Sequence record: DRR723986_3278
Reading direction: 5' to 3' (one strand)
DNA: 35,344 nt
Below the pieces are notes generated by a model. The model was not told the DNA's origin. It saw nothing but the letters and a program-made list of their open reading frames with translations, and made no database searches. Of the stretch, positions 9,885 through 18,051 are shown piece after piece (within the stretch, counting starts at the first letter, position 1; every line of letters begins with the position of its first letter). Made by a program: the position numbers and the translations under genes.

Positions 9885-10290
9885 GAGCAAAGGTATGTAT
9901 ACCCATATTCTTATGCATCTAATTTGAAAGTTCATTTGTATATGACCTAATCAAAATAGCAATAACCAATCAAAATATAAGGCGCATATGAAATGGCAAA
10001 ATGATACTTTTCGTCAAAGAATTTGGCCAATAATGTGCACAACTCTCACCGCCGTTTGGCGCGATGCAAATTTTTAAACGATTTAAAAACAGATGGTTAT
10101 CGAATAAGGCCCACACCTGCCCCCGGCATATGTGGTGATGGTTTTACAAAAACTTAGAAAGAATGGCGCAATTCCAAAAGGTATCGCGCATTACATACTA
10201 AATATACCCGCCCTTGTGCCGCACGAAACTTTACATTCACATTTTCGGCATCACTTTAATTACAGAAAAATAAATTTCCAAAGGGACGGG
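9885..10290. promoter_or_regulatory. AT-rich divergent regulatory region with direct and inverted repeats
   Basis: Clear drop in GC; AATCAAAATA twice (9949-9958 and 9968-9977); perfect inverted repeat TTTTTAAA-cga-TTTAAAAA (10071-10089). Confidence 0.55.
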
Positions 10291-10293
10291 CCT

Positions 10294-11679
10294 ATGAAAA
10301 AACTGATCACTGCCGCGGCTTGTTTGGCAATGTCGGCGGCCCCAGCAGCTGCGAATGACGATTTTGTCAAAGGCCTGATGGGCGTTATGATTGGCGCTGC
10401 AATTGCCAACCAGGGAAATGCCAGTACGCGCGCCCGCGGTGCCGCCCCCAGTGGTGGTGGCGGTGTGTCATCGGCCGAGCGGCAGAAAAACAAAGAAAGC
10501 CAAGAGGCGCTAAATTACTTTGGCTTTGATGCCGGCGTGCCCGATGGTGTGTTCGGCCGCAAAAGCCGCACAGCTGTTTCGCAAATGCAGGCGTGTTTGA
10601 ACCGCCCCATCACCGGCCAGCTGGATGCATTTGAGGCGCAATTCTTGAAGAATTCGTATTTCAAGGCGCAGGCAGGGGGCAATGAAACCCTGCGTTTGGT
10701 CGCCAGCAAGCCCAACGGGTATTGCGGTGTATTGCAGCAATATCACCTAGAACTAACCCAACCGGCCCAGCCCGCACAGGTGGCCCAGCCCGCCCCGGCG
10801 CCCCAGCCCGTGGCGCAGGCCCCCGCCCCGCGCGTGGCCACCCAGCAAAACACCACCGTTGTCTTGAACCAGCAAACCACCCAGACAAATAACGTGGTGG
10901 TGGTTGTAGATGCCGAGCTGCAAACCAAATTCGATTTGATGGTGGCGCAGCTGAAATTGCTAGAACAGATTCAGGCGCATATCGATGCCAAAGTCACCAA
11001 CGAGGCCAGCCGCCGCAAACTGGCCACGGTGATGGAGCGTATGGGCCAATTGCGCAGCATGATCCGCGAGATCAAGCAAGAAACCAAGGGCAAATACGGC
11101 ACGCCCATCAAGCCAACCAATGCCAATCTGGGCGTGACAGCTGTGAAAGCCAGCGAGGTATTCCCGCGTGTGCCCTATTACATTCCGGGCACCGACGAAA
11201 CCGGCGAAATGTGGGTCAAGCCCTATGTCACCGATGATGGCCGCCTGATGTATGATTTCAATTTCGTCGCAGCATTTTCTGACTTTGAGCGCATCAAAGA
11301 CACGATCGAGATGACATCGGAAAACGTGCGCGATGTGGCCGCGGCCTTGGTGAAGGTCACAGAATGGAGCGATCTTGCCATCTCCAAAGGGATGCGCCGG
11401 CGCTATGAAAAATCGGCTGTGTGCTTTCCTCAAGAGATGTGTGGAAAAACCGAGGCGGGCAATAATTCGGCCGAAGTGATCTTTATGCTATACGAAGACG
11501 GCAGCACCGCCGCACGCCTGCAGGAAAACAAAGGGCGCTTCCGTTCGGGGTATAACCTGTCGGTGGAAAGCGGCCTGCTGTTGTCGGCCTATATGGATTA
11601 TATGGCCGAGGTTGGTGAAAAAGAGTTTGAAGCCAACACCATGACCGATAGCGACCTTGATAATATGTTCAAAGACTAG
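10294..11679 (+). CDS. Secreted peptidoglycan-binding domain protein with Pro/Gln linker and unrecognised C-terminal domain
   Basis: Probable start MKKLITAAACLAMSAAPAAA (signal peptide; AAGGGA upstream). PG_binding_1-like QEALNYFGFDAGVPDGVFGRKSRTAVSQMQ...ITGQL. The longer start at 10132 in the ORF track looks like non-coding AT-rich sequence. Confidence 0.85.
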   Translation: MKKLITAAACLAMSAAPAAANDDFVKGLMGVMIGAAIANQGNASTRARGAAPSGGGGVSSAERQKNKESQEALNYFGFDAGVPDGVFGRKSRTAVSQMQACLNRPITGQLDAFEAQFLKNSYFKAQAGGNETLRLVASKPNGYCGVLQQYHLELTQPAQPAQVAQPAPAPQPVAQAPAPRVATQQNTTVVLNQQTTQTNNVVVVVDAELQTKFDLMVAQLKLLEQIQAHIDAKVTNEASRRKLATVMERMGQLRSMIREIKQETKGKYGTPIKPTNANLGVTAVKASEVFPRVPYYIPGTDETGEMWVKPYVTDDGRLMYDFNFVAAFSDFERIKDTIEMTSENVRDVAAALVKVTEWSDLAISKGMRRRYEKSAVCFPQEMCGKTEAGNNSAEVIFMLYEDGSTAARLQENKGRFRSGYNLSVESGLLLSAYMDYMAEVGEKEFEANTMTDSDLDNMFKD

Positions 11680-11701
11680 GTCGCAAACTGGCCCGCGGGT
11701 T

Positions 11702-13387
11702 TTAGGTGGCGCTGTGGTGAATATGATTCAGCGCTGCCTCTAGCGTTGGGGCGTGGTGTGCCACAGGCGGGCGCAGCCCATGTGTATAAAGCGTGGCGCG
11801 CATATCTGTGCTGGTGCCCACCAGCCACAGGGCGGTGCCGCGCCGCTGGGCCTTTTGCGCCAGGCCGGCGATCATATGCGCGCCCGATGCATCAAGATAT
11901 GGCACTGCGCTGAAATCGATCACCAGCGCGCGGTGGGTGTCGTGGATATTTTCCAACACGCTGCCAATGGTGGCGCTGGCGCCGAAAAACAGCGCCCCGT
12001 TGATGCGGTAAACCACGATCTCGCTATCGCTGGGGTCTAGCGGCGGGCTGTCTTGGCCTACATCGCTGGCCAGTGGCTGGGCCAGCCTTGCCACCGCTGT
12101 GGCGCGGCTTATGCGGTGGATAAACAACACCGAACCTAGGGCCAGCCCTACCACGATGGCCTCGGTCAGATCGCGGAAAATGGTTAGCAAAAAAGTGGCC
12201 GCCAGCACCACAGCCTCGCCCCAGCCCGAGCGCAGCAAAACGCCGATTGCATGGCTTTCAACCATATTCCAGGCCACCACAGCCAATACACCGGCCAGTG
12301 CGGCCAGCGGTATGTAGCCGGCCAAGGGGGCTGCAAACACCATGAACAGCAAGATAAACAGCGCATGCAGCATGCCCGCCACCGGCCCATGCGCCCCTGC
12401 CCGCACGTTTGTGGCGGTGCGCGCGATGGTGCCGGTAACACAAAAGCCACCAAAAACCGCCGCGCCCATATTGGCAACACCCTGCGCTACCAATTCGCAA
12501 TTCGATCGGTGCTGGCGGCCTGTCATGCCATCGGCAACCACGGCTGACAGCAGCGATTCAATCGCGCCCAACAGCGTGAACGACACCGCAGCGGGGAAAA
12601 CCTGTTGCAGTTTTTCCAGCGAAAAATCCGGCAACTGCGGCTGTGGCAGGCCCGATGGAATGCCGCCGAACTGGCTGGAAATGGTGGCAACAGGCAGGTT
12701 GAACGCAGCGCAGGCAATTGCGGCCGCCGCCACCGCCACCAGCATGGCCGGCCAGCGGGGCTGCCACCGCCGCAGGGCAATAATGGCCAGAATAGTGCCT
12801 GCCGCCACCGCCGCAGCGCTGGGCGATACCGTGCCGCGCGCGCCCCATAACGCCTGCAGTTTTTGCAGCAACGGCCCCGGCTCGTGCGCCAAGTTTAGGC
12901 CCAATAACGGCTTTATCTGGCTGGCAAAGATGATCACCGCGATACCCGCGGTAAAGCCCACAGTGACAGGAAACGGGATAAATTTGATAAAACTGCCCAG
13001 CCGCAGCGCCCCAAGTGTTGCCAGCATCAGGCCGGAAAGAAATGTTGCCAGTATAACGCCCGACATACCGTGCTGTGCGGCGGTGGCTGCAACCAAGATA
13101 ATGAACGCACCCGCTGGCCCACCAATCTGAAACCGCGAGCCGCCCAGCGCCGAAACCAAAAACCCCCCAACAATGGCGGTATAAAGGCCCTGTGCAGGCG
13201 TTGCACCCGATGCGATGGCAATTGCCATCGACAGCGGCAGCGCCACAATGGCCACGGTTAGCCCGGCAATGGCATCGCGGCGCAATTCGGCTGCGCCATA
13301 TCCTTCGCGCAGCACGGTGATAAGCTTTGGCGTGAACAGCGCGGCGAAATTGGGCCGTGTGTAAGAGGGGATATCATGCTGTTGCAT
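11702..13387 (-). CDS. SulP family inorganic anion transporter with C-terminal STAS domain
   Basis: DAIAGLTVAIVALPLSMA, GPAGAF, IESLLSAVVAD, ELVAQG, GALFFG, DFSAVPYLDASG. An alternative start lies at 13417. Confidence 0.95.
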   Translation of the reverse strand: MQQHDIPSYTRPNFAALFTPKLITVLREGYGAAELRRDAIAGLTVAIVALPLSMAIAIASGATPAQGLYTAIVGGFLVSALGGSRFQIGGPAGAFIILVAATAAQHGMSGVILATFLSGLMLATLGALRLGSFIKFIPFPVTVGFTAGIAVIIFASQIKPLLGLNLAHEPGPLLQKLQALWGARGTVSPSAAAVAAGTILAIIALRRWQPRWPAMLVAVAAAAIACAAFNLPVATISSQFGGIPSGLPQPQLPDFSLEKLQQVFPAAVSFTLLGAIESLLSAVVADGMTGRQHRSNCELVAQGVANMGAAVFGGFCVTGTIARTATNVRAGAHGPVAGMLHALFILLFMVFAAPLAGYIPLAALAGVLAVVAWNMVESHAIGVLLRSGWGEAVVLAATFLLTIFRDLTEAIVVGLALGSVLFIHRISRATAVARLAQPLASDVGQDSPPLDPSDSEIVVYRINGALFFGASATIGSVLENIHDTHRALVIDFSAVPYLDASGAHMIAGLAQKAQRRGTALWLVGTSTDMRATLYTHGLRPPVAHHAPTLEAALNHIHHSAT

Positions 13388-13464
13388 GGGGCCGCACCCA
13401 GGTTGCGATTGCCCCATGTAGTGCAGGCGGTGTGCCCCGTGTCAAACGCATTTCTGCGCGGGCT

Positions 13465-13881
13465 TTAGGCCTGCTGTTTTTTCCCGGTGATTGACAGCAC
13501 GCCATTGATCTTGGCGCCGAAATCTATGGCCACCTCTTGCGCCCCGATATCGGCCTGCACCTCGGCGCCTGCGCTGATCGACAGCGTATAGGCCGAGATA
13601 GAGCCATTAACCGTGCCTTCGATTGTCACATGGCGGGCGCGAATATTGCCGGTGATCTTGCCCGTCTTGGTCAAGATAATCGTGTCGGCGGTTAAATCAC
13701 CCACGATCGTGCCGCCAAAATCAACGATGCCATCGCTGGTCCAGTTGCCCTCGATCTTGATGCCGTCATGCAGAACCGAACGGCGCGGATCGGCCGCTGG
13801 GGCTGCAAAAGGCGCTGGCTGTGCTGCTGCACCAAGGGTGGTTTGGCCTGTGTTAGGCTCGCTTTTGGGCTTGCTGAACAT
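13465..13881 (-). CDS. Bactofilin (polymer-forming cytoskeletal protein)
   Basis: Beta-helix repeats (IEGNW..DGIVDFGGTIVGD...GKITGNIRARHVTIEGTVNGSI); N-terminal MFSK motif typical of alphaproteobacterial bactofilins. Confidence 0.9.
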   Translation of the reverse strand: MFSKPKSEPNTGQTTLGAAAQPAPFAAPAADPRRSVLHDGIKIEGNWTSDGIVDFGGTIVGDLTADTIILTKTGKITGNIRARHVTIEGTVNGSISAYTLSISAGAEVQADIGAQEVAIDFGAKINGVLSITGKKQQA

Positions 13882-14054
13882 CGCTATTCTCTTCCGCTGT
13901 GGGCAGTTTCAGATGCGCCGATTGTTGGCGATGGTCAAGCGCTGCCGCGGCTGCAGGCCCCCCCGCGACGCGAAAGATAGGCTTTCTATACCGAAGAACC
14001 TGCCTTGCTGTGGGGTTGGCCGAATTTGCGGCTTCTGCATATATGGCGCTTGAA

Positions 14055-14100
14055 CTGCAAAATTCCTGCCTGTATCTCTGATTTACAGGAAATTATGCAG
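14055..14100. promoter_or_regulatory. Imperfect inverted repeat upstream of tupB (candidate operator)
   Basis: CTGCAAAATTCCTG (14055-14068) versus CAGGAAATTATGCAG (14086-14100), plus an inner CCTGTA-N9-TACAGG. Ends just before the GAGGGG RBS. Confidence 0.45.
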
Positions 14101-14113
14101 TGAGGGGTATATT

Positions 14114-14821
14114 TTGCAAAGTATCGGCGATGCCCTGCAGCTGGCGCTACAGCTTGTTTTGTCTGGCGATGCAGATTTGGTGGAAATTGTGCTGCTGTCT
14201 GTGCAGGTCAGCATTACCGCCAGCGTGGTTGCGCTGCTTATCGGCTTGCCTATTGGCGCCTTGGTGGCTGTGGCACGGTTTCCTGGCCGCAGCGCTGTGC
14301 TGGTGGTGATGAATGCGCTTATGGGGCTGCCGCCGGTTGTTGTGGGCTTGCTGGTATATTTGCATCTGTCACGCTCGGGGCCGCTGGGGTTTTTGGGGCT
14401 GCTCTACACGCCCACGGCCATGATTATTGCCCAAACCATTTTGATCACGCCCATCGTGGCGGCCTTATCGCGGCAGCTGATCGAAGACCTGCACGCAGAA
14501 TATGCGCCGCTTTTCCGCTCGCTTTGCCTGACGCGGCTGCAAACCATGCGCGCCTTGCTGTGGGATGCGCGCTATTCGCTGATAACCGTTGGCTTGGCGG
14601 GCTTTGGCCGGGCTGTGGCCGAGGTGGGCGCGGTGATTATCGTTGGCGGCAATATCGATCATTTGACGCGGGTGATGACAACGGCGATTGCGCTGGAAAC
14701 ATCCAAGGGCGAGCTGGCCCTGGCCCTGGCATTGGGCATGATTTTGCTGGTCTTGGCCTTGTTGGTAAATGGCGCGGTGCAGGCGGTGCGCCTTGGCGCG
14801 CAAAGGCAGGCCTATGTCTAG
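14114..14821 (+). CDS. tupB: Tungstate ABC transporter permease
   Basis: MGLPPVVVGLLVY..LSRSGPLG, GFGRAVAEVGAVIIVGGNI, TRVMTTAIALETSKG; TTG start. Confidence 0.9.
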   Translation: MQSIGDALQLALQLVLSGDADLVEIVLLSVQVSITASVVALLIGLPIGALVAVARFPGRSAVLVVMNALMGLPPVVVGLLVYLHLSRSGPLGFLGLLYTPTAMIIAQTILITPIVAALSRQLIEDLHAEYAPLFRSLCLTRLQTMRALLWDARYSLITVGLAGFGRAVAEVGAVIIVGGNIDHLTRVMTTAIALETSKGELALALALGMILLVLALLVNGAVQAVRLGAQRQAYV

Positions 14822-15521
14822 GGGGCGGGCCGGTTTGATTATGCGCGATGTGGGCCTGTGCTTTGGGCAGGCCACGGTGTTGCGCGGGCTAAACCTGGCC
14901 CTGCCCGCGCGCGGCTGCACCATGATCATGGGGGCAAATGGGGCTGGCAAAAGCAAGCTGCTGCAGTTGATCCATGGCTTGGTTGCGCCCAGCACCGGCA
15001 CTGTTTTCTGGGGCGATACACCCGCGGTGCAGGCCACGCGCCGGCAGGCGATGGTGTTTCAAAAGCCTGTTTTGCTGCGCCGCTCTGTGGCGGCAAATAT
15101 CGAATTCGTGCTTGATGCCCGCGGGCAGCCCCGCCAGCAGTGCCAATTTTGGCTGGATCATGTGGGTTTGGCCCATAAGGCCCGCCAGCCCGCGCGGCTG
15201 CTATCGGGGGGCGAGGCGCAGCGCCTTGCCTTGGCCCGTGCCTTGGCCACCCAGCCCGAGGTGCTGTTTCTTGATGAACCCACCGCCAGCCTAGACCCGG
15301 CGTCGGTGCTGGCGATCGAGGCGATTGTGCGCCAGGCCAAAGACGCCGGCACGCGGGTTATTTTTGTATCACATGATATCGGCCAAGCCCGGCGCATGGC
15401 CGACGAGGTGGTGTTTCTGGCCAGCGGTGAAATCGCCGAACACACACCCGCCGGGCAGTTTTTCAAACACCCCCGCAGCAGCGCTGCAAGACATTACCTG
15501 GAAGGCAAAATTATTGCCTGA
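14814..15521 (+). CDS. tupC: Tungstate ABC transporter ATP-binding protein
   Basis: GANGAGKS, VFQKPVLLRRSV, LSGGEAQR, LDEPTASLDP; lies between tupB and tupA. Start approximate. Confidence 0.88.
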   Translation: MSRGRAGLIMRDVGLCFGQATVLRGLNLALPARGCTMIMGANGAGKSKLLQLIHGLVAPSTGTVFWGDTPAVQATRRQAMVFQKPVLLRRSVAANIEFVLDARGQPRQQCQFWLDHVGLAHKARQPARLLSGGEAQRLALARALATQPEVLFLDEPTASLDPASVLAIEAIVRQAKDAGTRVIFVSHDIGQARRMADEVVFLASGEIAEHTPAGQFFKHPRSSAARHYLEGKIIA

Positions 15522-15544
15522 TTTCATAAACTCAGGAGGGAAAA

Positions 15545-16357
15545 ATGCAGACCAAGCTTGCCGCTGTTGCCATGACTGTTCTGATCAGTGGGGGCGCTTG
15601 GGCCCAAGAGCAGATCATCGTGCAATCAACCACCTCGACCGCCAATTCCGGCCTTTACGATTATTTGTTGCCGATCTTTCAGGGTAAAACCGGCATTCAG
15701 GTAAATGTGGTTGCCGTGGGCACGGGCCAGGCGATTAAAAATGCGCAAAACTGCGATGGCGATGTGCTGCTGGTGCATGCCAAAGCATCTGAACAAAAAT
15801 TTGTCGATGCGGGCTATGGCACCCAGCGCACCGATTTGATGTATAATGATTTCGTCATCGTTGGCCCGCAAAGCGACCCGGCCGGCGTAAGCGGCATGAC
15901 AGATGCGCAGGCCGCTTTGGCCAAAATCGCCGGCAGCGGGGCGCTGTTTGCCTCGCGTGGCGATGACAGCGGCACCCATAAGAAAGAGCTGGCTTTGTGG
16001 AAAACCAGCGGCGTGAACCCGGCCGATAGCAGCGGCGCATGGTATCGCGAAACCGGGTCTGGAATGGGCGCCACGCTGAACGCAGGCATTGGCATGGGTG
16101 CCTATGTGATGACCGACCGCGCCACCTGGATCAAATTTGCCAACAAGCAAGATTACACCGTTCAGGTGCAGGGCGATGAAGATATGTTCAACCAATATGG
16201 CGTGATCCCGGTGAACCCCGAAAAATGCCCAAGCGTAAAGGTTGAGCCAGCCAAAACCTTTGCCGATTGGTTGGTGTCTGACGAAGGGCAGCAGGCGATT
16301 GCCGCATATCAGGTATCGGGGCAGCAGTTATTCTTCCCCAACGCGCCAAAAAACTGA
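15545..16357 (+). CDS. tupA: Tungstate ABC transporter substrate-binding protein
   Basis: Signal peptide; STTSTANSGL, AVGTGQA, LLVHA, MYNDFVIVGP, SRGDDSGTH; AGGAGG RBS. Confidence 0.92.
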   Translation: MQTKLAAVAMTVLISGGAWAQEQIIVQSTTSTANSGLYDYLLPIFQGKTGIQVNVVAVGTGQAIKNAQNCDGDVLLVHAKASEQKFVDAGYGTQRTDLMYNDFVIVGPQSDPAGVSGMTDAQAALAKIAGSGALFASRGDDSGTHKKELALWKTSGVNPADSSGAWYRETGSGMGATLNAGIGMGAYVMTDRATWIKFANKQDYTVQVQGDEDMFNQYGVIPVNPEKCPSVKVEPAKTFADWLVSDEGQQAIAAYQVSGQQLFFPNAPKN

Positions 16358-16431
16358 TATCGATGCTGTCAACGAAAGGGGGCAGGCGCAATGCCTGCCC
16401 CACGCCTGCCCCAAGCCCGCGACAGAAAGAC

Positions 16432-17331
16432 ATGACAGAGCCAAACTTGACCGACCATGAATATTTGACCGTCAAAGAATTGGCACATCTGCTGCGGTTG
16501 AAAGAACGCAAGATCTACGATTTGGCGGCCTCGGGGCAGGTGCCGTGCTCTAAGGCGACGGGCAAGCTGCTGTTTCCTGCCAGCGAAATTCGCACGTGGA
16601 TCAACCGCGCGCGCACCCAGCCCTTGCATTCTGAGACTAGGGCCGATTTGCCGCGCCCAAGCATTTTCTTGGGCAGCCACGACCCACTGTTGGATTGGGC
16701 CATTCGCCAATCGCGCTGTGGGCTGGCCAGCTTTTACGATGGTTCCATGGATGGGCTAGAACGCTTTGCCCAATTTGGCGGGGTGGCCACCGGCCTGCAT
16801 TTGCGAGATGCCGCAACTGGCGTTTGGAACACCGCCACTGTGGCCCAGCGTGTGGGCCAACAAAATGTGGCATTGATCGGGTTTGCGGCCCGCCAGCGTG
16901 GCATCGTCTATCGTGCGGGTGCAAAAGCGCCCAGCAGTTTGGCTGATCTGGCTGGCATGCGGTTTGTGCCGCGGCAAACCGGCTCGGGCGCGGACCGGCT
17001 GTTTTGGCATTTGGCGCAGGCGCAGGGGCTAAACATGGGCGCGCTAGATTTGGCCGAGGTGGCCCGCACCGAAGACGAGGCCGTAGATGCCGTGCGCCGC
17101 GGCGATGCCGAAGCAGCCTTTGGCCTGGCAGCGGTGGCCGATACATTTGGCCTGCAATTCTTGCCGCTTATCACCGAAGAATATGCCATCGTGGTTGATC
17201 GCAAAGCATGGTTTGACCCTGCCATGCAGGGGCTGTTCAGCTTTTGCCAATCAGACGCCTTTGCAAAACGCGCAGCCGCGATGCGGGGCTACGATATGGC
17301 CCCACTGGGCCAGGTGTTGTGGAACGCCTAA
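16432..17331 (+). CDS. Excisionase-type HTH plus periplasmic-binding-like domain transcriptional regulator
   Basis: YLTVKELAHLLRLKERKIYDLAASGQVPC..ATGKLLFP (HTH_17-like), then GSHDPLL, GSMDGL, RQTGSG, RGYD (PBP-like domain). Confidence 0.85.
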   Translation: MTEPNLTDHEYLTVKELAHLLRLKERKIYDLAASGQVPCSKATGKLLFPASEIRTWINRARTQPLHSETRADLPRPSIFLGSHDPLLDWAIRQSRCGLASFYDGSMDGLERFAQFGGVATGLHLRDAATGVWNTATVAQRVGQQNVALIGFAARQRGIVYRAGAKAPSSLADLAGMRFVPRQTGSGADRLFWHLAQAQGLNMGALDLAEVARTEDEAVDAVRRGDAEAAFGLAAVADTFGLQFLPLITEEYAIVVDRKAWFDPAMQGLFSFCQSDAFAKRAAAMRGYDMAPLGQVLWNA

Positions 17332-17542
17332 GCGCGCTGCATTGCCAAAAGCGCGCCCAAAAACATTTTATGCAGGCGCTGATATTGCTTGCAGCTGGGA
17401 AAGGTTTCTTGCGCATCCAGCCGCGCCTTCCAGCTGTTCATGATCTGGCGTCAGCGCTGCGGTGGCGGGGTTTTTCTGCAGATATTCAGTGACTATTGGG
17501 CCAATTAGGGACAGATGCGGGTGAAATTGGGCATGGCTTGCC

Positions 17543-17644
17543 ATGCGCGTTGCACTGCATCGTGCATATCTCGTTTTGGCTATTGTTTTGGTGGCATTTG
17601 TGGTTTTCTGCCTGCCGCAGGAAATCGACCACCACAGCGATTAG
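17543..17644 (+). CDS. Putative 33-aa single-pass membrane microprotein
   Basis: Hand translation MRVALHRAYLVLAIVLVAFVVFCLPQEIDHHSD*: basic N-terminus, about 16 hydrophobic residues, acidic/His tail. Lies in an otherwise empty 320-bp gap; no clear RBS. Confidence 0.3.
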   Translation: MRVALHRAYLVLAIVLVAFVVFCLPQEIDHHSD

Positions 17645-17652
17645 CGGCACCC

Positions 17653-18048
17653 TTAAGCGCTGCCCCATAGGTTTGTATAGGCAATGGCGCCCAGTAGCAG
17701 CGCCATAGCCGCCAGCAAAAAAGCAACTGCCGCCGAACCGCAATCTTTGGCGTATTTGCCCATCTCAGACCATTGCGGCGATACATGATCAACGATTTCC
17801 TCGATCGCGGTGTTCAGCGCCTCGACGGCCAGCAGCACCAGGGCCAGCACCCCAAAACCCACAAACTGAAACAGCGTGGCGCCCATCCAGGCCAGCGCGA
17901 TCAGGCACAAAACGCCCCCCAGCAGTTCCAGGCGAAACGCGGTTTCACGCCACAGCCGGGCAAAGCCGCCTGCAGAAAACTGGGCGGCATCAATGATATG
18001 CGCCAGCCCCTTGCGGTTGCGCGGCATGTTTGGCTGTGGCTGTGTCAT
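17653..18048 (-). CDS. dgkA: Diacylglycerol kinase (prokaryotic membrane type)
   Basis: ETAFRLEL, VEALNTAIEEIVDHVSP, AKDCGSAAV. Confidence 0.94.
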   Translation of the reverse strand: MTQPQPNMPRNRKGLAHIIDAAQFSAGGFARLWRETAFRLELLGGVLCLIALAWMGATLFQFVGFGVLALVLLAVEALNTAIEEIVDHVSPQWSEMGKYAKDCGSAAVAFLLAAMALLLGAIAYTNLWGSA

Positions 18049-18051
18049 GGC

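Noticed and set aside
10074-10086. Possible CtrA box (two TTAA)
   Set aside because: The spacing is 5 bp, not the 7 bp of TTAA-N7-TTAA.
10132-10293. 54-aa N-terminal extension of the PG-binding protein given by the ORF track
   Set aside because: The sequence is AT-rich and looks non-coding. The signal peptide and an RBS-like AAGGGA point to ATG 10294. The upstream extensions at 19773, 24332, 25543 and 33255 were trimmed for similar reasons.
10760-10835. Repetitive CCCAGCCCG-type sequence that could suggest an array
   Set aside because: It is explained by the Pro/Ala/Gln linker codons of the PG-binding protein. There is no constant repeat-spacer structure, so it is not CRISPR-like.
16432-16620. 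Excisionase-like HTH as a sign of a prophage or integrative element
   Set aside because: It is fused to a PBP-like sensor domain inside the tup locus, and no integrase, att site or phage genes are visible.
17368-17544. About 58-aa ORF on the - strand (MASHAQFHPHLSLIGPIVTEYLQKNP...) downstream of dgkA
   Set aside because: It has no RBS, motif or compositional signal, so it cannot be distinguished from chance.
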